A DNA stretch of 64,000 nucleotides from an uncultured Candidatus Saccharibacteria bacterium (GTDB lineage: Bacteria > Patescibacteriota > Minisyncoccia > UBA6257): positions 254,930-318,929 of the forward strand of contig CAZUBI010000001.1 in NCBI GenBank assembly GCA_964618625.1. Reading direction: 5' to 3'. A model generated the notes under the pieces. That model saw only the letters and a list, made by a program, of their open reading frames with translations, did no database searches and was not told the DNA's origin. How positions within the stretch are numbered: the stretch's first letter is position 1; each line of letters begins with the position of its first letter. The translations under genes and the position numbers were made by a program. This document shows, piece by piece, positions 41,167-50,425 of the stretch.

Positions 41167-41219
41167 AAATAAGAACCTTCGCTTCGCTCAGAATCTTGTT
41201 TCTCGCTTCGCTCGAAATA
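41167..41219. repeat. REP-like composite repeat, copy A
   Basis: aaataagaaccttcgcttcgctcagaatcttgtttctcgcttcgctcgaaata; related to 54931-54988 and 60760-60811. Confidence 0.7.
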
Positions 41220-42197
41220 TTAAGAAGTTTTTTTGTATTTCTGTTTAATTACATCCCGTAATATTTTTTCAACGCGTTTTATGCTTTCATCATCAAGTAT
41301 AGAAATTGAAATTGCTTTCTTACCTATTTTTTTTATATCACTAAGTTTTTTCTTTATCTCGTTTTTATCGAATAAATCGGACTTACTCAAAAAAACATAT
41401 TCAACCTTATCTAAAAGTTTTTTGCTGTAAGCTCCTAATTCATTCCTAATAATTTTGTAATCTTTTATTGGGTCAGGTGATTCTGCGGAAATAAAATGAA
41501 AAAGTGTTTTTGTCCTGTCAATATGGCGTAAAAATTTAATACCAAGACCTTTATTATCAGAAGCCCCTTCAATAAGTCCGGGAACGTCAGCCAATATCAA
41601 TTCATAATAAGCGCCCAAATTTGGATTGAGTGTTGTAAATGGATAATTAGCCACCTTGCTTTTAGCGTTTGTTAACTCATTCAACAAACTGGATTTACCT
41701 ACATTCGGCAAACCAACAAATCCAACATCAGCAATCAGCTTAAGCTCAAGCCTTAATTCATATTCTTCGCCAGGCAAACCTTCTTGAAATTGGGTTGGGC
41801 TTGTATTGGTAGACGATCTAAATTTAAAATTACCCTTGCCACCCCTGCCGCCTTTAGCTATAAGCAGCCGTTGTCCAATAGAAATAATCTCCGAATCTTC
41901 GCCAGCAGATAAATTATGAACTAAAGTGCCAATCGGTACTTTTAAAATAATATCTTTACCGTTTTCCCCATCATGAAGCTGAGGTTTTCCATTTTCACCA
42001 TCTTCTGCTACCAATTCTTTTTTACCGCGAAACTGGGAAAGAGCGCCAATATCAGATACACCCTCCAAATAAACGCTGCCTCCTTTACCGCCATTGCCGC
42101 CAGTCGGTCCAAGACTCATCAACACTTTACTAAATGCCACTGCACCGCGGCCGCCATGACCAGCTTTCACTTTAATTTTTATATCATCAATTAACAT
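41220..42197 (-). CDS. obg: GTPase Obg/CgtA (no C-terminal extension)
   Basis: Gly-rich Obg fold, GLPNVGKSS, YPFTTL, DVPGL, SKSD. Confidence 0.95.
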   Translation of the reverse strand: MLIDDIKIKVKAGHGGRGAVAFSKVLMSLGPTGGNGGKGGSVYLEGVSDIGALSQFRGKKELVAEDGENGKPQLHDGENGKDIILKVPIGTLVHNLSAGEDSEIISIGQRLLIAKGGRGGKGNFKFRSSTNTSPTQFQEGLPGEEYELRLELKLIADVGFVGLPNVGKSSLLNELTNAKSKVANYPFTTLNPNLGAYYELILADVPGLIEGASDNKGLGIKFLRHIDRTKTLFHFISAESPDPIKDYKIIRNELGAYSKKLLDKVEYVFLSKSDLFDKNEIKKKLSDIKKIGKKAISISILDDESIKRVEKILRDVIKQKYKKTS

Positions 42198-42323
42198 TTA
42201 ACTAATTTCTTTAGCTTCCATTCTACCCCTTCAGCAAGCTCAGGACAAACAAAAAATCTAAATCTTACCCATTTTTGCGCAAAGGGCTAAAGAGTATCAA
42301 ATCTCCCTAAAAAATTAAAGTAA

Positions 42324-43412
42324 TTATAATCTTTGAGTATCCTCCGTTGTTTCCTTTCTTTTCTTCTTTTTCAAAAGAAAATAGGCAACTATTCCAAGTA
42401 TTACAATTAAAGCAATTATACCCAGAATCAATGCCCAATTTGAACCTTCTCTTTCAACTCCATCCCCAGGTACTGTTCCATCTACGCCGTAATAAGGTAA
42501 ACCTTCTTCATCGTATTCTTCCTCCTCTACTACTCCTTCTGTTGTAATATTCAAAGTATAAGCAACAAGTTCCTTGCTGCAATACCTGTCACAGATAACA
42601 CCAATGAATACATTCTCACTCTTTGTTATTGGTACAGAATTTGTAACAATTGCACCAGGATTTGACGCGTATTCTTCTTTTAATACACTCCTATTGCTAT
42701 CATATACGGTTATGTTTATGCTTGCCTCGCTTGACGGAGTTACTTTAGCAGCCAAGGTTTGTCCTTTCTTAACAGCTACTTTGTAGAAATCCTTGGCATC
42801 TGTACCTTCTTTTCCAGAAAGATAAGATTTATATTCTCCTGATCCAACACTCATTGCTTTTTCAACTGTATCCCCGGCATCTGTCTGGCTTCCAGCATCA
42901 TAACGATCTATCAAGGATATATCTAGCGAATGTGAAGCTATCGTCCAAAGATCAGATCCTGTCTTTATGTAATATTTGTAGGAGGCTTTATCTGCATTTG
43001 GCAACCAAGAACTGCTAATTGACTCGGGTGTCTTATGAACAACTGCGTCATCTTCAACTACTGCTATTCTATCTTCATTATATAAAACCAGAATAGCAAT
43101 TGCTTCTTTAGATGCAGCAGTAAATGTACCCTTAATGTTGACTTCCTGTCCAGGTTTTACATTCTCAAGATAAAAGTATTCTGTTTCTTTATTCTCAAAA
43201 CTTCCCCCTCCCTGGTAACTTCCTGGTTCCAGTTTAACTGCTGTTTCAAAACCATCTCCGCCTTTTGGTAAAGCCTCTTGAGCATTAACAATTCCTATTA
43301 CTCCAATTAAAAGAATCCCAAAAAAGACAGCTATTGTTAAATTTTTAGCATTAATGGTTCGGCTTTGCTCACCATTAATCCTGAGCTTACTGAACGGATT
43401 AAATTTTGCCAT
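42324..43412 (-). CDS. Membrane-anchored secreted protein with repeated PPC-like beta domains
   Basis: Signal/TM segment, repeated GD.(F/V)E.A...GxY motifs, D.KDFYKV, C-terminal TM followed by KKKKRK. Confidence 0.65.
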   Translation of the reverse strand: MAKFNPFSKLRINGEQSRTINAKNLTIAVFFGILLIGVIGIVNAQEALPKGGDGFETAVKLEPGSYQGGGSFENKETEYFYLENVKPGQEVNIKGTFTAASKEAIAILVLYNEDRIAVVEDDAVVHKTPESISSSWLPNADKASYKYYIKTGSDLWTIASHSLDISLIDRYDAGSQTDAGDTVEKAMSVGSGEYKSYLSGKEGTDAKDFYKVAVKKGQTLAAKVTPSSEASINITVYDSNRSVLKEEYASNPGAIVTNSVPITKSENVFIGVICDRYCSKELVAYTLNITTEGVVEEEEYDEEGLPYYGVDGTVPGDGVEREGSNWALILGIIALIVILGIVAYFLLKKKKRKETTEDTQRL

Positions 43413-43517
43413 ATATTTTAAATTTTATTAATATTTAATTAGCACTTACATTTAATTAGCACTTACGACCTCTTTGATTATACCATCTTTAAAAATCTAG
43501 GGCTATTCTTTCCATTC

Positions 43518-43853
43518 CTAAGGTAGAAATCGAACATCATTACATTTGCGATTTATACATTTAATCTTTTCTACAATGGGTGCTTCCATACATTCGTATT
43601 CACAATAAAAGCAGTTTTCTAAAAACTGCTTTTCGCTTTTTCTTAATTCAACCAAATCTGCGTCTTTATGAACTAAATGATAGCAACCAAAAGGACACAA
43701 GTCTCCGCCTTCTACTATGCAATCAGAATCTACATCACAATAATTTGTCTGTTCTAAAAAAGCAAATATTTCCTCTTCTAACTTATTGCAATCAATTTCA
43801 GGGACAAAAATATTTTTCCAGATAAAAAATCCTCCCACGCCCAAACCAACCAA
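43518..43853 (-). CDS. Small Cys-rich exported protein; start uncertain, possibly degraded
   Basis: C..DSDC..CPFGC pattern; hydrophobic reading frame continues upstream without an ATG. Confidence 0.5.
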   Translation of the reverse strand: MVGLGVGGFFIWKNIFVPEIDCNKLEEEIFAFLEQTNYCDVDSDCIVEGGDLCPFGCYHLVHKDADLVELRKSEKQFLENCFYCEYECMEAPIVEKIKCINRKCNDVRFLP

Positions 43854-43965
43854 AACTATTAAAATAATTATTGGTAATATTACCTTTTTTATAATCCAAG
43901 TTTCTTACTAATTTTTTATTAAATTTTGTATGCCGATCTTTTGTTTTTTAGATATAATCATCTTT

Positions 43966-45858
43966 TTAATCCTGGAATTCGGGTAGCTTTATCTCAACTT
44001 TGGCCTCTTTTCTTAAGTTTTTAAGTAAATTAGATCTCATAGTCCATGTCTTCTGTTCAGTAAGGGTCTTTTTGATTTCTTCTCTTGCCAGTTCAAGGTT
44101 GGGTTCCTGAGCCGGCTTTTTCTCTTCAACTTTAATAATGTGATAACCATAAGGTGTTTTTACTACTTCACTAATCTCTCCCGCCTCAAGAGCAAAAACG
44201 GCTTTTTCAAAATTAGGTGTCATCTTGCCTCGAGAAAAAAAGCCAAGGTCTCCGGCCTTATCTTTTGTACCAGGATCTATTGATTCCCTCCTAGCCAGCT
44301 CCGTAAAATCTGTTCCGTCTTTCAACTGGCTTAAAACCGCTTTAGCTTCTTCTTCTGTTCTGACCAAAATATGAGATGCCCTCACCTCTTCCAGCTTGGC
44401 AAAATTAGTCTTGTATCTTTCAAAATAATCCTTGATTTCTTGTTCAGTAACAGTTACTTTACTGGCAACAATTTTTTCCGTTAAAATTTGCAGTTCAACT
44501 TGCCGCCTTAACTCCTCAGTAGTCATACCCACTTCAGAAAGCTTTTCCGCAGTAACTTTAAGTTCATCTATTTTTTTATCAATTTCTTCCGACCTCACTA
44601 CTATATTTTGTTCTTTTGCTTTTTGCTCAATGATAATTTCGATAATCATAAATTCAAGGACGCCTTCACCAACAAGAGGTATAAATCTCTGAACAAATTC
44701 ATCCTCTGTCTCCTCAGCTTTCTGCCATGTGGCGACTTGCCTCATTTGGGATTCATTACTTTGGATATAAATCCAAAGTCTCTGAATAAATTCATCCTTA
44801 GTGATTTCTACACCATTGACTATTGCTGCCACATCTTCCTTGCCTTCCGTAGCCTTGGCAGAGGAGGATTTTTCTTCCTCAATTTTAGAAACTTCCTCCC
44901 CGGCTTCTTTTAATTCTATAAATTTGAAGCTTTTGTAAAATAATTCAAATTTATCGTCTTTGATAGCTCCATTGCCAATGCGAAATACCCTTCCATTATG
45001 TTCTACTATTATTGATTCAGAGTACCAATCAGGGTATTGCGACGGAGTAACAATAATTTTGAGCGCTTGAATATTATTCAACCTAATACTTTCTCTTTCT
45101 TCAAAACGACCCGTTTCATAAAATTGCCTACCAATTTCACTAATGACTTCGTCTTTTGACTTTTGAGAACTATCATAAAACCAAAGTCCCCACAAGATAT
45201 CTTCTCTTATTTCTTGTGGCGCTACACCTATTCCATTTTCAAAATCCACCCTTCTCCAATCACTCGGATATTTAATAGTGTATCCCACTTTAGAATCAAT
45301 AAATATTTGCCAATCAATTGTTTTTATTGTTTGCTGTAATTCTTCCTTTTTTGCTCCAGTTACTGCTTGGACAGCTTCTTCTGAACCCTTTCTTGAAACC
45401 TCCATTGCCTTTTTGATAGCTGGCTTGGCCTCCTCAGGAACTTTTTCAAATACTTCTGCCAATATTTCTTGATGCTTTAAAGTTTTTTCAGTAATTAAAA
45501 TTGCTAATTCCTCAATGTCCTTTCCTTTGTTTTGAGCGTCTTGAGTTTTTATGTTAGCTAACCCTAAAAATTCTTGATATTTCTTATTGGCTTTCTCCAA
45601 AGCCTTGATTTGATTCTTTTCTGCCATTGCCATTACCTCGGCTAATTTCTCTTCAGCATATTTTAATGCTTTCTCAGCTTTCTTTTCAACTCGAAAAGTA
45701 AAAAACATTCCTATTCTTTCACCCAAAGTATCAAGAAAATAAAATGGGCTGTCAGGAGTAAGACCTGGATCTGGTAATTCTATCCCCTGAGCCAAAACCT
45801 CTGCTCCAAAAGAAAGAATTAAAAATAGTAATGTTGTTAATAAAATTATTTTTCTCAT
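43966..45858 (-). CDS. Chimeric exported protein: DUF5667-type, PsbP-like and SurA/PrsA parvulin PPIase domains
   Basis: PGLTPDSPFYFLD; YTIKYPSDW; AAIVNGVEIT; VRASHILV..GDLGFF..FEKAVFAL..KTPYGYHIIKV. Confidence 0.8.
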   Translation of the reverse strand: MRKIILLTTLLFLILSFGAEVLAQGIELPDPGLTPDSPFYFLDTLGERIGMFFTFRVEKKAEKALKYAEEKLAEVMAMAEKNQIKALEKANKKYQEFLGLANIKTQDAQNKGKDIEELAILITEKTLKHQEILAEVFEKVPEEAKPAIKKAMEVSRKGSEEAVQAVTGAKKEELQQTIKTIDWQIFIDSKVGYTIKYPSDWRRVDFENGIGVAPQEIREDILWGLWFYDSSQKSKDEVISEIGRQFYETGRFEERESIRLNNIQALKIIVTPSQYPDWYSESIIVEHNGRVFRIGNGAIKDDKFELFYKSFKFIELKEAGEEVSKIEEEKSSSAKATEGKEDVAAIVNGVEITKDEFIQRLWIYIQSNESQMRQVATWQKAEETEDEFVQRFIPLVGEGVLEFMIIEIIIEQKAKEQNIVVRSEEIDKKIDELKVTAEKLSEVGMTTEELRRQVELQILTEKIVASKVTVTEQEIKDYFERYKTNFAKLEEVRASHILVRTEEEAKAVLSQLKDGTDFTELARRESIDPGTKDKAGDLGFFSRGKMTPNFEKAVFALEAGEISEVVKTPYGYHIIKVEEKKPAQEPNLELAREEIKKTLTEQKTWTMRSNLLKNLRKEAKVEIKLPEFQD

Positions 45859-45897
45859 AATTTGTTACTTCTGTTACGTTTTTATATTATTAACTCC

Positions 45898-46248
45898 CTA
45901 TCCTAAGCGCCTTCTTTTTAGATGAACAACCAGACAAGAAATAAAATACAAAACTACGGCGTCAAAGAGTCCAATAAAAATAAGTCCGAGCAGATTTGGT
46001 CCCCCAATATCAAAAAACATTGCAGGATTAGTTGTGGTCAACCCTAATGCTCTGATAATTAGAAGAGGAGGAAAGAATAAGACAACTACAATGATAAACA
46101 CAAAAATATTGACAATGGGTATATTATGCAAAGCTAGTGACAATAGAAGAAAAGGAGAAATCAAAAGAAAAATTATGGATGCTGTTAATTTTCCCAAAGT
46201 AGGTTTTAAAAACTCTAATATATTCATTTGTTTTTTAAGTAAGTTCAT
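45898..46248 (-). CDS. Small membrane protein
   Basis: Three hydrophobic segments after FLKPT..K. Confidence 0.6.
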   Translation of the reverse strand: MNLLKKQMNILEFLKPTLGKLTASIIFLLISPFLLLSLALHNIPIVNIFVFIIVVVLFFPPLLIIRALGLTTTNPAMFFDIGGPNLLGLIFIGLFDAVVLYFISCLVVHLKRRRLG

Positions 46249-46317
46249 TTTTAAAATCTAATTCATCGATTTGTATTAAATTAACTAAAGCTTCAAATTC
46301 TTTTTGATCCACGCCTT

Positions 46318-46379
46318 TCATTTTTTTAAAATTTTAACAACCCCCTTATTAGCATCAACCTCAACTAAATCGCCATCTT
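46318..46379 (-). pseudogene. Remnant of a PEP-utilising enzyme mobile-domain C-terminus
   Basis: Translates KDGDLVEVDANKGVVKILKK*. Confidence 0.7.
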
Positions 46380-47003
46380 TTAACCAAATTTTCTTTTTGG
46401 TTTTAATAATTTATTTATTTTCTCTACAAGTTGTTCTTTTTCCTGATTATTATAATATCCTTCTATTTTACCAATAAGTTTTCCGCCTTTAAAAAACAAT
46501 AAAGCAGGAAGCTTTTTTATTTTATATTTCTTCAACAAAGAATCATCTTTTACTTCTGTTTTTTTATATTTTATATCCTCATCCTGAAATAATTCTTTTA
46601 TTGGAATTGAACGAAGTAAACATTCTATTGAGTTATTTTTAAATAATTCTGCTACAGCCAATTTGGTTGATTTTAAAATCTGAATATCAAATTTGTCTTG
46701 AGAAATTAAAAAACCTGGATGAATCGGCTGAGCTCCATATCTATCAACAAATAGATCTGAAATTTTCCTTGAATCTTCTTTAATCTCTTTTTTTATTTTT
46801 CTATACTCCTTTTCGGTTTTAGCAACTCTTATCGCACCGATCGGACAAGCTTCCTCACACTTACCACAGTTGATACATTTAGAATTATCAACTGCTATTG
46901 TTTTATTTTTATCATCCCAATAAAAGGCGCCAACAGGACATACTTCTATTCCGCCACAATCTTCTGTGTTGTCACAAATCTTAAAATTTATTAAAACTGC
47001 CAT
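46380..47003 (-). CDS. 4Fe-4S dicluster ferredoxin fused to a thioredoxin-like domain
   Basis: CDNTEDCGGIEVCP and CINCGKCEEACP; C-terminal LPALLFFKGGKLIGKIEG. Confidence 0.8.
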   Translation of the reverse strand: MAVLINFKICDNTEDCGGIEVCPVGAFYWDDKNKTIAVDNSKCINCGKCEEACPIGAIRVAKTEKEYRKIKKEIKEDSRKISDLFVDRYGAQPIHPGFLISQDKFDIQILKSTKLAVAELFKNNSIECLLRSIPIKELFQDEDIKYKKTEVKDDSLLKKYKIKKLPALLFFKGGKLIGKIEGYYNNQEKEQLVEKINKLLKPKRKFG

Positions 47004-47033
47004 ATTTTTTATTATATTAATTATTCTTCTCCC

Positions 47034-47064
47034 ATTCTACCAAAAAATCGCCTCTTTGGCGATT
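47034..47064 (-). repeat. Terminator/promoter repeat R1
   Basis: Minus strand AATCGCCAAAGAGGCGATTTTTTGGTAGAAT. Confidence 0.9.
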
Positions 47065-47100
47065 TTAATGTGTTTCGACTGGGTTTAAACCATAATTAAT

Positions 47101-47937
47101 TTACGATGAATTAAGGACTTCTGATATTTTCAATTTCCCAAATTCATTGAATATGGTTTTAATACCAACCTCATTTTTCCACCATCCATTTTGTGCAAAA
47201 TTGCCAGTTGGTGTTACGGCTGAATTTACTCTGTACAACTTTGTATCTTGTGGAATATATTTCATCATATGTGCCCATGATCGCCTCATAGCAAACCATA
47301 CGGTTACGAGAATTATAGAATTATATGGTAATCCCAATTGATCCATCATATTCAATCCACCGCGCACATTATCTGGAACACTAATTGCAGTATCATGAAT
47401 AACTATACTTTCAGATGGAACATCATGTTCTATAGCCCATTCTTTAAATATTAATGCTTCTGACTTTTCTCGTTTTTCATAAATAGGCATACCACCAGAA
47501 ATGAAAATCTTAGGGGCCAACCCTTGTTTATATAAATCAACCGCAACTTCAATTCGTGATAAACTTTTACTTCCAAAGACAAAAATGACATCAGAAAGCT
47601 GAGGTGTATCCTCTTCACCAAAATATTTTGTTATGTCTTGCATTAAATTATCTAATTCCCTGTCTCCATCTTGAACCATACGTAATGTCCTAGAAACAAT
47701 TTGTGATTGTGCCTTCGCGCCAAGCACGACTAATTCCTGCCATGTGAGATTTTGATAAAAAATGTCAACAGGTAATCCAATTAATTCAAGCCAGCGAATA
47801 AATAATTCAAATCTAGCAAAGTGTTTATTTTCTTTCCCTATCGCGACTGGACGTTTCGCCTCTCGCTTAAGAATTGTTTCCAACTCTTTTACTGCGGGTA
47901 ATTCTGCTGAGTTTTTCCGATTTGAAATAATATTCAT
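47101..47937 (-). CDS. YdcF/DUF218 family protein
   Basis: DVIFVFGS, LYKQGLAPKIFISGG, SEA, DNV, ILVT. Confidence 0.8.
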   Translation of the reverse strand: MNIISNRKNSAELPAVKELETILKREAKRPVAIGKENKHFARFELFIRWLELIGLPVDIFYQNLTWQELVVLGAKAQSQIVSRTLRMVQDGDRELDNLMQDITKYFGEEDTPQLSDVIFVFGSKSLSRIEVAVDLYKQGLAPKIFISGGMPIYEKREKSEALIFKEWAIEHDVPSESIVIHDTAISVPDNVRGGLNMMDQLGLPYNSIILVTVWFAMRRSWAHMMKYIPQDTKLYRVNSAVTPTGNFAQNGWWKNEVGIKTIFNEFGKLKISEVLNSS

Positions 47938-47943
47938 ATTTTA

Positions 47944-47974
47944 ATTCTACCAAAAAATCGCCTCTTTGGCGACT
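47944..47974 (-). repeat. Terminator/promoter repeat R2
   Basis: Minus strand AGTCGCCAAAGAGGCGATTTTTTGGTAGAAT, ending 6 nt before the next ATG. Confidence 0.9.
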
Positions 47975-47977
47975 TTA

Positions 47978-48892
47978 TTATAATAACTTTTCTTGAGAAT
48001 ATCTTTTAAAGGCGTAAGTATAAATTAAATAAAACGCAGCATAACCTCGGTATTCTCCAAATGATTTGAATAATTTTCTCACCTTTTGCTCTGAAACTCT
48101 TTCCTTTTCGTTCAAATAAGCAGTCACGCTTATTCTTAGCCCCATATCATTAGCTGGAAGAACGTCATATCTGCCCATGCCCCGACACATCATATATTCA
48201 ACTGTCCAAGGACCAACACCTCTGATTTGAGTCAAAACATCCAAAATCCTTTCTTTATCCCATTTTTTCATTTTTTCTAGATTTATTTCTTGTTCGGCAA
48301 CTTTTTTTGATACATCAACTATATATTCAGATTTTTTAAGGCTAAGTCCAAGTTTTTTGATTTCTTCAGGTTTAACCTTAGCTAAAGATTCAGGGGAAGG
48401 AAAAGTATAGTATGTTTTACTGTTTATCTTTATTGACTTCCCATATTTTTCTACTAATCTTTTTCGTAAAGCGACAGCCACAGATAAGGCAATCTGTTGT
48501 TCGGTTATGGCAATTATTAAAGCCTCAAATACTGTCGGGGTTTTTGGGGGTCTTAAACCATAGAGATTTTTAATTATTTGAGCAAATTTTTTGTCTTTTA
48601 AACCAATTTTATAAAATCCCCTTATATCATCATCTATTCCAAGCATCCATTTTATCTTTTCTTCAATTAATGACTTCCCAGCTTTATCTGGCAAAATCTC
48701 TATTGAAAGTTTTGGTTTTTCTACTAAGCCTACTGACCTGACTTTTATAAGCTGAGTTTTGTCTTTGATTTTGAGAGCTCGCTCGTATACTCCATTACTA
48801 TAGTAATCAACACACTGAACAGGAAATCTTGAATAGAGACTCCCAACTAAATCAAAATTAAAGGGCGGTTTGGGTGTTATAAAGAATTTCAT
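47978..48892 (-). CDS. DNA-3-methyladenine glycosylase II (AlkA-like, HhH-GPD)
   Basis: FEALIIAITEQQI, FPSPE, LTQIRGVGPWT, LPAND. Confidence 0.9.
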   Translation of the reverse strand: MKFFITPKPPFNFDLVGSLYSRFPVQCVDYYSNGVYERALKIKDKTQLIKVRSVGLVEKPKLSIEILPDKAGKSLIEEKIKWMLGIDDDIRGFYKIGLKDKKFAQIIKNLYGLRPPKTPTVFEALIIAITEQQIALSVAVALRKRLVEKYGKSIKINSKTYYTFPSPESLAKVKPEEIKKLGLSLKKSEYIVDVSKKVAEQEINLEKMKKWDKERILDVLTQIRGVGPWTVEYMMCRGMGRYDVLPANDMGLRISVTAYLNEKERVSEQKVRKLFKSFGEYRGYAAFYLIYTYAFKRYSQEKLL

Positions 48893-48935
48893 TATTCTAA
48901 TTTTACCATACTATATTAAAAATTCTCAGCTTAAA

Positions 48936-49036
48936 CAAAAAACCGCCTCTTTGGCGATTTTAATGTATCTCGGTCTCCCGATAAAAAAGTTCGACGGCTA
49001 TCCCTAGGGCTATGGAACGATGTTGGAACCTATTTG
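48936..49036 (-). repeat. Repeat R3 (hairpin plus ~75-nt extension)
   Basis: caaaaaaccgcctctttggcgatt followed by tgtatctcggtctcccgataaaa...ctatggaacgatgttggaacctatttg. Confidence 0.9.
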
Positions 49037-49042
49037 GCAAAA

Positions 49043-49615
49043 CTACAATAATCTTTTTTCTTTAAAGTTCTCTATATCTTCTGGCCGAAGAAGCACTGAT
49101 AAATCTGCATATTTTTGCATACCAAGTGAAGGAGCGTGTGAAAACCCAACATATTCTAGTTTCTTTTCTTTATGTTTAATATAGCAAACAGCTGGAATTA
49201 AGTCTGTATCAGAACTAACCAAAATAGCAGTATCATATAAATTATCTATTGCCCCTACGATTAAATCAACGGCTATTTTAACATCCGTGCCTTTTTCTCT
49301 TATTTTCCCTTCATCATACATAATTTTGCCACGTTTTATACTAAATCCTTCTTTTTCGATTCCTGATAAAAATTTCTGTTGACCTCGTACAATTTGTTTA
49401 CTCTTTTCAGTACCATTAAAATTTCTGGCAATTCCAACATAATATCTTTTTGATATACATTGACGTTCCCCAACGAGAAATTCTACAAACTTACTATAAT
49501 CGAACTTTAATCCTTCTGGGAAGCTAATCTCTTCATGTTTAAGATATTTGTAGAAATTATTCCCATCAATATAAACGACAACTTTCTCTTTTCTCTTAAA
49601 AGGTATGGTAGCCAT
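49043..49615 (-). CDS. NYN-domain (PIN-like, LabA/DUF88) putative ribonuclease
   Basis: VYIDGNNFY, EKGTDVKIAVDL, ILVSSDTDLIP. Confidence 0.9.
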   Translation of the reverse strand: MATIPFKRKEKVVVYIDGNNFYKYLKHEEISFPEGLKFDYSKFVEFLVGERQCISKRYYVGIARNFNGTEKSKQIVRGQQKFLSGIEKEGFSIKRGKIMYDEGKIREKGTDVKIAVDLIVGAIDNLYDTAILVSSDTDLIPAVCYIKHKEKKLEYVGFSHAPSLGMQKYADLSVLLRPEDIENFKEKRLL

Positions 49616-49633
49616 ATACTTTAATTATACCAT

Positions 49634-49712
49634 AAAAAAAAACTACCCTTGCCCAAAGGCAGGAGTAGTGCTTATAGTACTTTCATTATAGTCCTATTAA
49701 TTATTTTGTCAA
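49634..49712 (-). promoter_or_regulatory. Promoter, short leader RNA and terminator upstream of the NYN gene
   Basis: TTGACA-16-TATAAT (49712-49685), hairpin CTACTCCTGCC-TTTG-GGCAAGGGTAG, T9 run. Confidence 0.7.
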
Positions 49713-49730
49713 GAGGATAATTGTGTATAA

Positions 49731-49831
49731 ATTTTATCAAAAAATCGCCTCTTTGGCGATTCCATGTATCTCGGTCTCTCGATAAAAGAACTAGACGGCT
49801 GTCTCTATGGAACAATGTTGGAGCCTATTTG
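49731..49831 (-). repeat. Repeat R4 (hairpin plus ~70-nt extension)
   Basis: caaaaaatcgcctctttggcgatt followed by tgtatctcggtctctcgataaaa...ctatggaacaatgttggagcctatttg. Confidence 0.9.
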
Positions 49832-50346
49832 ACTCTGTTATTTTCAACAAACTTTAAATAAATCTCCCTTAATAATCTCGCATCATCTAAGGCGTTATGC
49901 TCTTGGTACTTCGAAAAATCAACCCCCAATCTTTTACAAAATTTATTCTTATTTTCATTAAATTCCTCGGGATTAACTCCTGCAGCAAAAAGCATAGAAG
50001 CAAAATCAATAGGTATCCAATGAAAAGGATCTTTTTCTTCCTCAAGCAGTTTATAAAGATAAATCGCATCAAACTGACCAACATAAGCCAACATATATGG
50101 CTTTGAATCACCAATAAATTCCTTAATCTTCTGGACAGCAATTTTTCTACTTATTTTAAGTTCTGTAAGACTAGGGCTAATATTTTTCTTTACCCACTCG
50201 TCAATTTCACCATCATACTCTAACTCCATATACAATTCCTCGCCATTCGATCTAACTAAACCGATTGAGAGTATTTCTCCTTTGTATGGATTTAAACTTG
50301 AAAACTCTGTATCAAGAAAAATAATATTATTAGAAAATGGTTTCAT
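49825..50346 (-). CDS. DEDDh 3'-5' exonuclease
   Basis: FLDTEF, FD, HNALDDA. Confidence 0.88.
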   Translation of the reverse strand: MKPFSNNIIFLDTEFSSLNPYKGEILSIGLVRSNGEELYMELEYDGEIDEWVKKNISPSLTELKISRKIAVQKIKEFIGDSKPYMLAYVGQFDAIYLYKLLEEEKDPFHWIPIDFASMLFAAGVNPEEFNENKNKFCKRLGVDFSKYQEHNALDDARLLREIYLKFVENNRVK

Positions 50347-50355
50347 ATATACCTC

Positions 50356-50386
50356 ATTTTACCAAAAAATCGCCTCTTTGGCGATT
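50356..50386 (-). repeat. Terminator/promoter repeat R5
   Basis: Minus strand AATCGCCAAAGAGGCGATTTTTTGGTAAAAT, ending 9 nt before the next ATG. Confidence 0.9.
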
Positions 50387-50425
50387 TTCCTTAGAACAGA
50401 AAGAGTTTTGTGATATGATATATCC

